From NCBI GenBank assembly GCA_029780855.1, contig JAKOXV010000018.1:54104-118103 (forward strand): DNA of 64,000 bases, written 5' to 3'. Numbering within the stretch: position 1 is the first letter of the stretch; each line of letters begins with the position of its first letter. The translations under genes were made by a program, and so were the position numbers. The DNA comes from a bacterium (GTDB lineage Bacteria; Patescibacteriota; Saccharimonadia; Saccharimonadales; JAUPVS01). Below, in pieces: positions 42,486 through 51,327 of this stretch. The notes under the pieces were generated by a model. It had not been told where the DNA came from. It ran no database searches and saw nothing but the letters and a program-made list of their open reading frames with translations.

Positions 42486-44169
42486 TTGGCGTATCAAACA
42501 CAATCGTTATCTTGCTTGTCTTCTTGGGGGTCTTACCTACCCAGAACGGGCTGTAGTCCACGGTTACATCTTTGATTCCGGGACGTGCTTCAATGATGCT
42601 TTTAGTTTCACCCTTCTTCTTGCCCGCTATTTCTTTTTTAATCCCTTCGGCATCCAGCTGAGGACCGGCCTTGACTATGGATTGCACGGTAATCTTAACT
42701 TGGGCTGCATTTTTATCGCCCTGGATAACGTAGCTGGCATCAGCTAGTCCATCATCAAGTATTGATTGCTTTGACGTATCAATCTGGGTTTTTGCATTCT
42801 CGGTGACCAGTTTCTTTAGGTCATCTTTATTTACTCCGAGCATAGAATACTTAGTGGTGGAAGTTACGGTGACTTCAGAAGCTTCGTCACCAACGTTAGG
42901 CGTGGTTGTTACCTCTGGATCGCCAACATTAAAGGTGTCTTTAAGCGCGATCATAGTATCTTTTTCAAGGTTTTTCGCCAATTCATCTTCTGCGGTTTGA
43001 GAGTTACTTTCGGCAAGCTTTTGCTTTGCACTATCGACATCCGCCTGGCTGACGACCTTAACAATGGCGTCAGTCCCCCCTGAAGCAGAACCAGTAGCAC
43101 TTACGTCACTACGTCCGGCAACGGTAAAAGTTGAGGAGCCCGTATTATATGCCGCCCCCGGGTTTTGGGCGGTAATACTGACATCATTTGAAGAAAAGTT
43201 TACACAACCACCAGAAATCGAGCCTGGCGAAAAGCTTGCAGTCTCTTGGGTGATATACGTATGACCATTTGCACTAACGCCAGTTCCTGACGGTACTGAA
43301 GATGGTGTCGTAAAGCTACCGCACACCTGTGTGCTCATTTTTACTGTACCGGTTGCCTTAGCGCCATTATTCTTTTGTCCTGTAGCTGCCACTTTTTGGG
43401 TATTGGTCTTTTTGGTCTCCTTGCGCTCTGCAGGAACAATTTTCTTATCTGCATCAAGCGTAGTCGCCGTAGTACTTGCGGTAAACGGAATATTCGCGTT
43501 TACGGTGGTTGAGTCGGTCTTGATGGTGATTTTAGCCTTTGGCATTGCAAACAGGGCGAGATATATACCGACAGCCAACAAGATGATTGCTGCTCCGCCC
43601 AGCATTAACCAAAGCCGAAACTTATCAAAATTAGGTATTTTTATCTTTTTATCGCCTTTTTTTGCTGCCTTTTTGGTACCTGATGTTCCTGCTGCAGCGG
43701 CTGGTTCGGGATCATCCAATTCTATAGGTTCATCATCTTCGTCACTACTGACCGCCGCACCAACTGCGGCAGCACCGGACAGCTCACCGACAGTTTTACT
43801 CTTATCAACCGGCTCTGAAGGGGCCGCTTCTTCTAGTTCATCTTCGCTTATTTGCGGCTCAGGAGCCTGGGTTGCAGTCGGGGCTGTAGGGATTGCCGGT
43901 TTAGACTGCAAATTCTTTGCAACATGTAAACCAACCGCACCAGCTAGGGGTAGTAACCCAGCTTCCGAAGTTATTAATACTACTTTTTTTGCTTCATTAT
44001 CGGCAGTTCTTTTAAGTAGCTTCATATTGACGATGCTCTGCAGGACAGCGGCTCGCTTAGGAAGAACGAGGGCGATTATTTTTTTATCACTCCCCCTTAC
44101 CTTGTCGATGATATTCGTTATTTCATCGTCAACATCGATATAGATTGTTTCTTTGGCAACCGCAGTCAT
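42466..44169 (-). CDS. Bitopic membrane protein of unknown function (567 aa), translationally coupled to the FtsA-like gene
   Basis: About 95-aa N-terminal cytoplasmic domain (TIYIDVDDEITNIIDKVRGSDKKIIALVLPKRAAVLQ...). Then an acidic/Pro-rich linker, a TM (LWLMLGGAAIILLAVGIYLALFAM), and an extracytoplasmic T/S-rich domain of about 350 aa. Confidence 0.7.
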   Translation of the reverse strand: MTAVAKETIYIDVDDEITNIIDKVRGSDKKIIALVLPKRAAVLQSIVNMKLLKRTADNEAKKVVLITSEAGLLPLAGAVGLHVAKNLQSKPAIPTAPTATQAPEPQISEDELEEAAPSEPVDKSKTVGELSGAAAVGAAVSSDEDDEPIELDDPEPAAAAGTSGTKKAAKKGDKKIKIPNFDKFRLWLMLGGAAIILLAVGIYLALFAMPKAKITIKTDSTTVNANIPFTASTTATTLDADKKIVPAERKETKKTNTQKVAATGQKNNGAKATGTVKMSTQVCGSFTTPSSVPSGTGVSANGHTYITQETASFSPGSISGGCVNFSSNDVSITAQNPGAAYNTGSSTFTVAGRSDVSATGSASGGTDAIVKVVSQADVDSAKQKLAESNSQTAEDELAKNLEKDTMIALKDTFNVGDPEVTTTPNVGDEASEVTVTSTTKYSMLGVNKDDLKKLVTENAKTQIDTSKQSILDDGLADASYVIQGDKNAAQVKITVQSIVKAGPQLDAEGIKKEIAGKKKGETKSIIEARPGIKDVTVDYSPFWVGKTPKKTSKITIVFDTPNDNKKP

Positions 44170-45446
44170 ACTCGTAACATCCTATCCAATCTTTGTTTTA
44201 TGGATTGCTTAGCGCTTATTGTATCATCTTGCTGCTGGAGCGTATCAAGCCCCACTCTGAGCAAGCCCATAGCAGTTATGAAGGTGTGGTCGGATATTTT
44301 TCCTGTACGGTCGGTTATTCCGACGACCTGCTCGGGTTGGATGTGTTGAACAATCGGTTTACGGGTAAACGGCAGCTCAGAAAACCATGATTTTTCATTC
44401 AGCGTATCTACCAAAATATCCAGTGAAGAGCCGCCGCCACATAATAGTAAGCGGTGTGGCAGATGATCAAGCATGTCAAACTCTGCGAGTGCTAATTCAA
44501 CACCGCTGATCCAGACATCAGCAGTACGCCCCAACGCCGCCTCAATAGCTGGAACCTTTGGTTGTGGAACTTTGTTGGTGTTTAGACCGAGCTTAAGTTC
44601 TTCAGCCTGGGCAAACGATACACCGATTTCTTTTTCAATTGAACGAGTGTAGGCCCGACCACCGATGCCAAACATCTTCGTGCCCTGAACGCCGCCGTCA
44701 TTTATTACCGCTATATCAGTGGTGCCGCCACCGACATCCATCAAAATAGCGCTCATGCTAGCATTTGGATCATCGCCGATTACCGATCGCGAAACGGCAA
44801 ATGGCTCTGCTGCCACCGCAAGCAGATCCAAATCAAGTTCCTGGGCGGTTTTTTCCAAGGCACCGATATGTATCATGGGTGCAAAAGCAGTATATAGTTG
44901 TACTACCACTTCCTTTCCCTGAAATCCGATAGGGTTCGTTACCTTATATCCATCTATTTCAATACCAACTAAGGCACTGTTTACGAGCCGAACCTCTACT
45001 TCTTTACCGCCCAACTCCCAGGCAAGTTGCTTTTTAGCTCTTGCCTCTGCTCGGTCCTGAACTAACGAAATAATACGTTCTACTTCTTCTACATCAAGTG
45101 CTTTGGAAGCGTTCTTTCGGGTACAGCGAACTGTTGTGGTGGTGCCTTTTACGAGCTCACCGGCAATGCCGATAACTGCGGTGCGCACACTTACACCAGC
45201 CTGCTGCTCAGCTTGGTTTAGCGCATCGTTACAGTTTTTTACGACACTGGTAATATCGGCGATTGCTCCGGCCTGCATGTCGTTGAGTTCCTGATGTGCC
45301 CGCCCAACGCCAATAATTTCTATCTTAGAACCAGTAACTTTTCCGATGAGCGCTTTTACAAACTCGGTTCCGATATCTAATCCGACGAGGTATTGGCTGG
45401 AAGCGTCTTGTTTTAGGGGACGCAAACTCTTAATTTTATCAAGCAT
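44166..45446 (-). CDS. ftsA: Actin-fold ATPase of the FtsA/PilM type
   Basis: YLVGLDIGTEFVKALIG (phosphate 1), ILMDVGGGTTDIAV (phosphate 2), LLCGGGS (adenosine). 426 aa. The FtsA versus PilM choice is not resolved by the sequence alone. Confidence 0.6.
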   Translation of the reverse strand: MLDKIKSLRPLKQDASSQYLVGLDIGTEFVKALIGKVTGSKIEIIGVGRAHQELNDMQAGAIADITSVVKNCNDALNQAEQQAGVSVRTAVIGIAGELVKGTTTTVRCTRKNASKALDVEEVERIISLVQDRAEARAKKQLAWELGGKEVEVRLVNSALVGIEIDGYKVTNPIGFQGKEVVVQLYTAFAPMIHIGALEKTAQELDLDLLAVAAEPFAVSRSVIGDDPNASMSAILMDVGGGTTDIAVINDGGVQGTKMFGIGGRAYTRSIEKEIGVSFAQAEELKLGLNTNKVPQPKVPAIEAALGRTADVWISGVELALAEFDMLDHLPHRLLLCGGGSSLDILVDTLNEKSWFSELPFTRKPIVQHIQPEQVVGITDRTGKISDHTFITAMGLLRVGLDTLQQQDDTISAKQSIKQRLDRMLRV

Positions 45447-45484
45447 AATCTCTTTGATTATAGCATGGGAATATGAGAGGAAGC

Positions 45485-45730
45485 CTAGAGTTTTTCGGAA
45501 TTATGCTGAGTATCTACTGCAGCTGTATTCTGGCTCATTTGCACATCATAGGCGGCGAGCACTTCGTTAGGTATCGGCCCCTCCACCACTATCGCTACGT
45601 GTCCGAGCAGCGGCTCGACGTTACGGCTACCAGGAAAACATTCCATGAGGGCATCAATTGGATCGCCTTCACCATCCTTTACGATTTCTAAACGCGTTCC
45701 GTTACGACCACTGCCCGAGTAGACACGCAT
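45485..45730 (-). CDS. Orphan ORF (81 aa) in a locally GC-rich intergenic patch
   Basis: ORF only. Hand-counted GC is about 53-62% against about 43% background. No motif recognised. Confidence 0.3.
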   Translation of the reverse strand: MRVYSGSGRNGTRLEIVKDGEGDPIDALMECFPGSRNVEPLLGHVAIVVEGPIPNEVLAAYDVQMSQNTAAVDTQHNSEKL

Positions 45731-45818
45731 AGCATTCCTTTCAAGAGTATTTATGTGATTTTCCTCGAGAGATTATACAACCCTTGCCAGTAGACACAAG
45801 CGGCAGATTTACAACGTT

Positions 45819-47777
45819 TTACTGCAGCACCGCTTTAATGCGCCGAACCCCTGATGAAGAAGCTTCTTCTTTAAGGATCTTAAAGCGTTTGCCGTCTTCG
45901 AATAACTGCATGGTATGGTCGACATGAGGACCACCACAAATCTCAAAGCTAAATGGTCGCTCATTTGGATCCGCATTAGGGTCTTTCATGGAATAGACTT
46001 TTACCATCTCGCCGTAACGATCACCGAACTGACCGAGCGCTCCGAGCTTTCCTGTTGCCTCCTCGGTTGGGTATTCCGCCCAAGAAACTTGTAAATCTTT
46101 AGCAATCTGCTCGTTTACAATGTCCTCTACGGCTTTTATTTGTTCGGGAGTCACCTTTTCGGGATGACTAAAATCAAACCGTAAACGCTCTTCAGTAATG
46201 TTTGAGCCGCGCTGAACCACGTGATCACCAAGGACATCGCGGAGTGCCTGGTACATTAAGTGCGTAGCAGTATGATACTTCTTGTGCTGCAGCGTGTGAC
46301 CACCCAGTCCGCCCTTAAACGTGCCCTTGGCGGCAGTTTGCGAACGCTTTCGCTGTTCTTCCATTTTGGCGTCAAATTCTGCGCGCCAGTTATCAGAAAG
46401 TGGGATTCCTCGTTTAAAAGCTTCCTCTGTACTAAGCTCTACGGGAAAACCATAGGTATCGTACAAAGTAAACACTCTTTCCCCGGTGAGAGTTTCCGGT
46501 ACAGAACCCCCGATTGTATCTGGACCACCGATAGTTGAAACACCGATCGTGAATGGGCGAGTACCCTTTTCAAATTCCTTGAGGCCTTTGCGCAAGGTTT
46601 GACGAAAGGCTTTTTCTTCACGCACCAGCACCTCCACAATGAGGTCTTTCTGCTTGGCAACTTCCGGGAAATCGTTATGGTACAGCTCAGCGATTACCGG
46701 TACTAAGTCCTGCAAAAAGTTCTGTTCTATTCCCAGTTCAAACGCAAAGCGAATAGCTCTACGCAATAAACGCCGCATAACATACCCTTGTTCTTTATTG
46801 CTGGGCTTTACGCCGTCAACCGCCAAAAACGTTGCTGCTCGCAGGTGATCCGCAATAACGCGCATACTGTTGGTGTGCGATTCGTATGGCTTGCCACTGA
46901 TCTTTTCTAGTTCTGCAATGATCGGCCAGATTACACTGACCTTAAATGCATCAGGATTGTCGATTGCCGCCATGGCAATTCGCTCTAAACCACCACCGAA
47001 GTCTACGTTAGCTTTTGGCAACTTTTTAAAGCCTTCGGCTGTTTTTACATACTCCATGAATACCGAGTTGCCTATTTCTACAAAACGACCACAGTCACAG
47101 TTGGGATGACAGAACTCACCGTGCACAGGATTGTGCTCAACAAAATCAAACTCATAAAATACTTCGCTATCCGGGCCGCCTGGTTCTCCGGCTGGCATAT
47201 CATCTATCTTGCCGCTCCGGCACCACCAGTTTTTACTCGCGTCATAAAAGAAGATTCGTTCACCCGGCTTGGTTCCCCGCTTGGAACCATCAACTTCTGA
47301 ACCAATTTCTGCCTCTTTGGCTTCCACTCCCGCCTTTTTAAACAACTCTGCCCAGATTTTGGCACTTTCTGTATCTTTTGGGATGTCGTTTTTGCTATCG
47401 CCAATAAAGCAGGTAACGTACAGCTTGCTTGGGTCAACACCCACAACGTCAGTTAAAAATTCAAAAAACCAGGGAAGCTGGTCTTGCTTAAAATAGTCAC
47501 CAAGACTCCAGTTGCCAAGCATTTCAAAAAATGTTGTGTGTCGATTATCACCGACCTCTTCAATATCTTGTGCGCGCAAGCAGGTTTGACTGTCCGTTAA
47601 GCGGTTACCCAGAGGGTGCGATTCGCCAAGTAAGTACGGTATGAGCGGTTGCATACCAGAGCCGGTAAATAGGGTGGTTGGGTCGTTATCGGGCACCAGT
47701 GGAGCACGCGGAATTACCTTGTGGCCACGTTTTTCAAAAAACTCCAAATAGGATTTACGTATTTCTTGGGCATTCAT
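45819..47777 (-). CDS. alaS: Alanine--tRNA ligase, short form lacking the C-terminal C-Ala domain (652 aa)
   Basis: MNAQEIRKSYLEFFEKRGHKVIPRAPLVP...FTGSGMQP is the class II core. The editing-domain motifs HTATHLMYQALR and CGGPHV are present. The protein ends soon after the editing domain. Confidence 0.95.
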   Translation of the reverse strand: MNAQEIRKSYLEFFEKRGHKVIPRAPLVPDNDPTTLFTGSGMQPLIPYLLGESHPLGNRLTDSQTCLRAQDIEEVGDNRHTTFFEMLGNWSLGDYFKQDQLPWFFEFLTDVVGVDPSKLYVTCFIGDSKNDIPKDTESAKIWAELFKKAGVEAKEAEIGSEVDGSKRGTKPGERIFFYDASKNWWCRSGKIDDMPAGEPGGPDSEVFYEFDFVEHNPVHGEFCHPNCDCGRFVEIGNSVFMEYVKTAEGFKKLPKANVDFGGGLERIAMAAIDNPDAFKVSVIWPIIAELEKISGKPYESHTNSMRVIADHLRAATFLAVDGVKPSNKEQGYVMRRLLRRAIRFAFELGIEQNFLQDLVPVIAELYHNDFPEVAKQKDLIVEVLVREEKAFRQTLRKGLKEFEKGTRPFTIGVSTIGGPDTIGGSVPETLTGERVFTLYDTYGFPVELSTEEAFKRGIPLSDNWRAEFDAKMEEQRKRSQTAAKGTFKGGLGGHTLQHKKYHTATHLMYQALRDVLGDHVVQRGSNITEERLRFDFSHPEKVTPEQIKAVEDIVNEQIAKDLQVSWAEYPTEEATGKLGALGQFGDRYGEMVKVYSMKDPNADPNERPFSFEICGGPHVDHTMQLFEDGKRFKILKEEASSSGVRRIKAVLQ

Positions 47778-47868
47778 ATCTGTTACATTCTACCAGAACC
47801 AGTGAGAAGTCTGAACATTGAAATCTTCGGTATATTTGACAACAGGAGTATTCTAGTACATAAGACAT

Positions 47869-49536
47869 ATGGAGAAATCGATTTTTGACGCAACCCAAGA
47901 AAGCAATCCACTCACAGACCTAGGTTCTGAACACCCCGAAATGTCACGGTGGCGTCATATCAGGAAACCGGCTGCATTTGTGGCTGGATGTGCCGCACTG
48001 GGAGCGGCCTACGGCGCATATCGAGGCGCAACAGAACCCACCAGTATTCAACTTGGCCCCAACCGAGCAAGCGTTCATGTTACTGCCGATGAAACCCTGA
48101 CCGTAAACTTTGCAAAGGATCAGTATCTCACCTGGCCGTTGGATACCGTTGGTTTTGGTGCTGATGTCACCGTGGGTGATTTGTCTGTGCAAGAGAACAG
48201 TCAGGGTAATCCCAACCTCGATCAAGTGGTATCTGAATACGTTCAGTTGTTTTCGGCTAATTCAGAGTATCTGGCAACGGATGTACGAAACAAGGTAATT
48301 GACAACATTGAAGGAACTGCACTGCTTTGGGGTTTGTTGGGTTCACTCGGCGCGTTAAGTTGCCTGGCGATGCACTATCGGACACCTACGCATACTCGAG
48401 ATGCGGCATTTGAGTATTTTCACGCACTCCGCAAGCCAGCCGCCAAAATAGCCTTGGGAACCACCCTTGTCGCTGCACCAGTGGTAATTATTGGTAGCGA
48501 CACCTTTACTCCCCCCGAAAAGCAAGCTGCAGCACTTTCAAACGGCGCGCCTACCAGCCCGGTATTTAACGGTACTTTCTTAGAAAATGCCACTATTCAT
48601 GGTGAATATCTAAAAATGGCCATCAATACAATCGCCGGTCCGGCTCTAGAAAAAATTCAATCGGTTAACACATACTACGAAAACTCTGCCCGAAAGTTTT
48701 CCGAACAATTTACCGAACGCTATGGTGACAGCTTTGATCGAGGAGATGCAACGTGGGCATTTGTTGCTGCCGATGAACATTGCAATATTGGCGCAAACAA
48801 GTTTTGGGGATCGGTTATAGCTCACTATATGCCCGACGTAGCCTTTTTAGCCGGCGATCAGACTAATGATGGCACTGAAGCAGAAGGTGTTTGCGTGGCG
48901 AGTGAAGCATCAGCACTCAAAGGCATTCCGGCGGTAGTTTCTGGAGGCAACCATGATTCACTACAAACAGCCGAGCAAGACCGAGCCAACAATATACGGG
49001 CAGACTTTGGGAGTACTACCGAAGTAGCAGGTTTCCGGGTATTTACTGAAACGGATCCACGTCTCGATTCGTTTGGTGACGAAACGCGCAAAACAGACGA
49101 AACAGATGTTGAATATGCACTTCGGATTAGACGCGCGGTTTGTAAAGATAAACCTGACATCTTACTGGTGCATGATCCTGGTTTAATTTATGCAACCGTA
49201 AAACAGGGCTGTGCTAAACTAGCGATTTCTGGTCACCTGCACCAACAGAATGGCCCTTTCTACGTGCAGACTCTTGAGGGCGAGCGGTCTTACCAGTTTG
49301 TGCAAGGTACGAGTGGTGGCATTAAACCAGCGACTCTCGCGCTATTTTATTTCAAAAACGAGGAACCAGCTCTTAGCAGCTTGCTAAAGTTTGATCCCGA
49401 AACCAAAGAGCTATTAGGGCGAATAGACATCACCCTCAATCCCGATGGAACACCAGAAATTAGTGACTTCATCCCCGTATCCAGGGCACAAGCACTGCCA
49501 AAAACTCCTCAAGAATACCAAGGCCAAATCGACTGA
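47869..49536 (+). CDS. Membrane-associated calcineurin-like metallophosphoesterase (555 aa)
   Basis: Motifs FVAADEHCN, LAGDQTNDG, SGGNHDS, LLVHDP and ISGHLHQQ in canonical order, with N-terminal TM segments. Confidence 0.75.
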   Translation: MEKSIFDATQESNPLTDLGSEHPEMSRWRHIRKPAAFVAGCAALGAAYGAYRGATEPTSIQLGPNRASVHVTADETLTVNFAKDQYLTWPLDTVGFGADVTVGDLSVQENSQGNPNLDQVVSEYVQLFSANSEYLATDVRNKVIDNIEGTALLWGLLGSLGALSCLAMHYRTPTHTRDAAFEYFHALRKPAAKIALGTTLVAAPVVIIGSDTFTPPEKQAAALSNGAPTSPVFNGTFLENATIHGEYLKMAINTIAGPALEKIQSVNTYYENSARKFSEQFTERYGDSFDRGDATWAFVAADEHCNIGANKFWGSVIAHYMPDVAFLAGDQTNDGTEAEGVCVASEASALKGIPAVVSGGNHDSLQTAEQDRANNIRADFGSTTEVAGFRVFTETDPRLDSFGDETRKTDETDVEYALRIRRAVCKDKPDILLVHDPGLIYATVKQGCAKLAISGHLHQQNGPFYVQTLEGERSYQFVQGTSGGIKPATLALFYFKNEEPALSSLLKFDPETKELLGRIDITLNPDGTPEISDFIPVSRAQALPKTPQEYQGQID

Positions 49537-49574
49537 TATGTTGCGCTCATACTGTATTGGTTATATACTCTTTC

Positions 49575-49602
49575 TTGAACTTTAAAATGTAAACAATATA
49601 AA
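49575..49602 (+). promoter_or_regulatory. Sigma70-type promoter of the candidate leader RNA
   Basis: TTGAAC (49575-80), a 16-nt spacer, then TATAAA (49597-602). Confidence 0.5.
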
Positions 49603-49608
49603 GAGTGC

Positions 49609-49737
49609 AGCGAGAGTCCTAGCTTGTCGACCTGCCAGCAACCTGTCACTAGATAAGGTGCTCCATCTAGCCCATACGTGGGGAAGATATTGCTACACAA
49701 TAATCCTTTCCTATGTATGCACGGAAAGGATTTTTTT
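49609..49737 (+). promoter_or_regulatory. Candidate cis-regulatory leader (riboswitch/attenuator-like, about 130 nt) ending in a terminator that contains the downstream gene's SD
   Basis: The terminator AATCCTTTCC-TATGTATGCAC-GGAAAGGATT plus T7 (49702-49737) ends 1 nt before the ATG at 49739. Its 3' arm GGAAAGGA is the only SD-like sequence. Upstream hairpins include CTAGAT-AAGGTGCTCC-ATCTAG. Class not recognised. Confidence 0.4.
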
Positions 49738-49738
49738 A

Positions 49739-50257
49739 ATGGCCGAATCGGCAGCTTCACAGTTAGAACAAACTGCTCATAGCCCGTATATATTTCAGCA
49801 GTTTATTGCTATGGTTGTGCAGCAGTGCTTAGATGAAACGTTACTTACTAGACAGTATAGCCTTACCTTTTATGGCCACAATGAACATGCACCCATAAAG
49901 GAAGATGTATCGGTTACACTCGGGGTACTACTCCGTGAGGACGGGACAAAACAAATGACCCGAATTGGCAATGTGGAGCGGATCTTATCCGGCACCACGA
50001 TCGGCCTGGGATCCCAAATAGGCGATGGTTCCATAATTAAAAGAGCGCAGATTGAAGCGGGAGCAACTATCGAGCCATACAGTCTTCTGGAATTTGGAAC
50101 GTACGTTGGCGAAGATGCAATAATTTCACAGGGTGGAAAGCTCTGTACTCAATCGCAACTTGGAGCTCGAGCAATTATGGGCGAGGGAGCCGAACTCAAT
50201 TACGACACCCTGTTAGATACCGACCAAAAAGTAGAGCCGTTTACGGTCCACTACTAG
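49739..50257 (+). CDS. Left-handed beta-helix (hexapeptide-repeat) protein, function unknown (172 aa)
   Basis: The C-terminal half has hexapeptide-like periodicity: GTTIGLGSQIGDGSIIKRAQIEAGATIEPYSLLEFGTYVGEDAIISQGGKL. Confidence 0.55.
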   Translation: MAESAASQLEQTAHSPYIFQQFIAMVVQQCLDETLLTRQYSLTFYGHNEHAPIKEDVSVTLGVLLREDGTKQMTRIGNVERILSGTTIGLGSQIGDGSIIKRAQIEAGATIEPYSLLEFGTYVGEDAIISQGGKLCTQSQLGARAIMGEGAELNYDTLLDTDQKVEPFTVHY

Positions 50258-50261
50258 TTAT

Positions 50262-51305
50262 CTATACGATTATTCCGCCGCCTAGGACCTGTCCACCATC
50301 ATAAATAACTGCCGATTGACCGGGCGTTATAGCACGAACTTCGTCATCAAGCTGCACCTCTAAGCCGGTATTAGTCGGCCGTATTGATGCGCCGACCAAC
50401 GGAGCCCGATACCGAGTCCGTACTTGAAATGTGCTGGTCAACTCTGGCTCACCGTTAATCCAATGTACGCTTGTTAGCTTCAGATTTTTGTGCCAAAGAC
50501 GTTGGTCATCAAGATTCGTCGTAACATACACCTCATTCTTGGCCATATCTTTACCTACTACGTAATAGGGCAAACCTCCGCCAACATGTAAACCATGTCT
50601 TTGACCAATAGTATAAAAAATCGCTCCATCGTGCTCCCCGACCACTACTCCATCCTGCTGAATGATTTTTCCTGGCGTTGTTGTAACGTATTGCTCCAGA
50701 AACTCTCTGATTCCCACTTTTCCCACAAAACAGATTCCCTGGCTATCCTTTTTTTCGGCCGTTACAAGTCCAAGACGTTTAGCTTCTGCTCGGACCTCCG
50801 CTTTTGTTTTGAATTCTCCAATGGGCATGAGGCTCTTTTGCAATGCCGCTTCAGAAACTCTATACAGAAAGTATGTCTGATCCTTGTCTAGATTATTGGC
50901 TGTCAGGAGCTTACCGTTATGTATACGTGCATAGTGCCCAGTGGCAATCATGTCTGCTCCATCGTCTAGCGCAGTATCTAGAAAGAGTTTAAACTTTACC
51001 TCTTGATTGCACATGATATCGGGGTTAGGGGTTCGTCCTGCCTTATATTCGTCTATCATGTAATCCACGACTTTTTGCCGGTACTCTTTTTCGAAATCGT
51101 ACATTTTGAACGGTATTTTTAACTGTACGGCCACACGCTTGGCGTCTTGGTAATCATCCTTCCAGGGGCAAGGAAAACCGGGAAGATCCTGACTCCAGTT
51201 CTTCATGTATACACCCGTAACGTCGTAGCCCTGCTGTACGAGCAGTGCTGCGGTAACCGATGAATCTACACCTCCGCTGAGGCCAACGTATACTTTTTTT
51301 GACAT
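50262..51305 (-). CDS. mnmA: tRNA 2-thiouridine(34) synthase MnmA
   Basis: PP-loop VGLSGGVDSSV, catalytic Cys contexts NPDIMCNQE and DSQGICF. 347 aa. Confidence 0.95.
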   Translation of the reverse strand: MSKKVYVGLSGGVDSSVTAALLVQQGYDVTGVYMKNWSQDLPGFPCPWKDDYQDAKRVAVQLKIPFKMYDFEKEYRQKVVDYMIDEYKAGRTPNPDIMCNQEVKFKLFLDTALDDGADMIATGHYARIHNGKLLTANNLDKDQTYFLYRVSEAALQKSLMPIGEFKTKAEVRAEAKRLGLVTAEKKDSQGICFVGKVGIREFLEQYVTTTPGKIIQQDGVVVGEHDGAIFYTIGQRHGLHVGGGLPYYVVGKDMAKNEVYVTTNLDDQRLWHKNLKLTSVHWINGEPELTSTFQVRTRYRAPLVGASIRPTNTGLEVQLDDEVRAITPGQSAVIYDGGQVLGGGIIV

Positions 51306-51327
51306 AACTAAAGCATTTTATCAAATA

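Noticed and set aside
43331-44143. 270-aa plus-strand ORF (also 42217-42747, 176 aa) inside the 567-aa minus-strand gene
   Set aside because: It is low-complexity (A/S/V/L-rich) and lies fully antisense to a longer ORF with coherent domain architecture. There is no RBS or promoter context. This is a typical shadow ORF.
29739-45506. Identical 13-mer TTTCGGAATTATG at the left edge of the high-GC insert (29739-29751) and at the left edge of the second GC-rich patch (45494-45506)
   Set aside because: The link is tempting, but about 30 exact 13-mer coincidences are expected by chance among all position pairs in 64 kb. The similarity does not extend on either side, and no matching right-end repeat exists at 45.7 kb.
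49609-49737. Stand-alone small RNA (4.5S/SRP RNA or 6S RNA) between the phosphoesterase and hexapeptide-repeat genes
   Set aside because: No SRP domain IV-like motif (GGAA/AGCA symmetric loop) is present, and it is too short for 6S. The terminator abuts and contains the SD of the next gene, which fits a cis-acting leader better.
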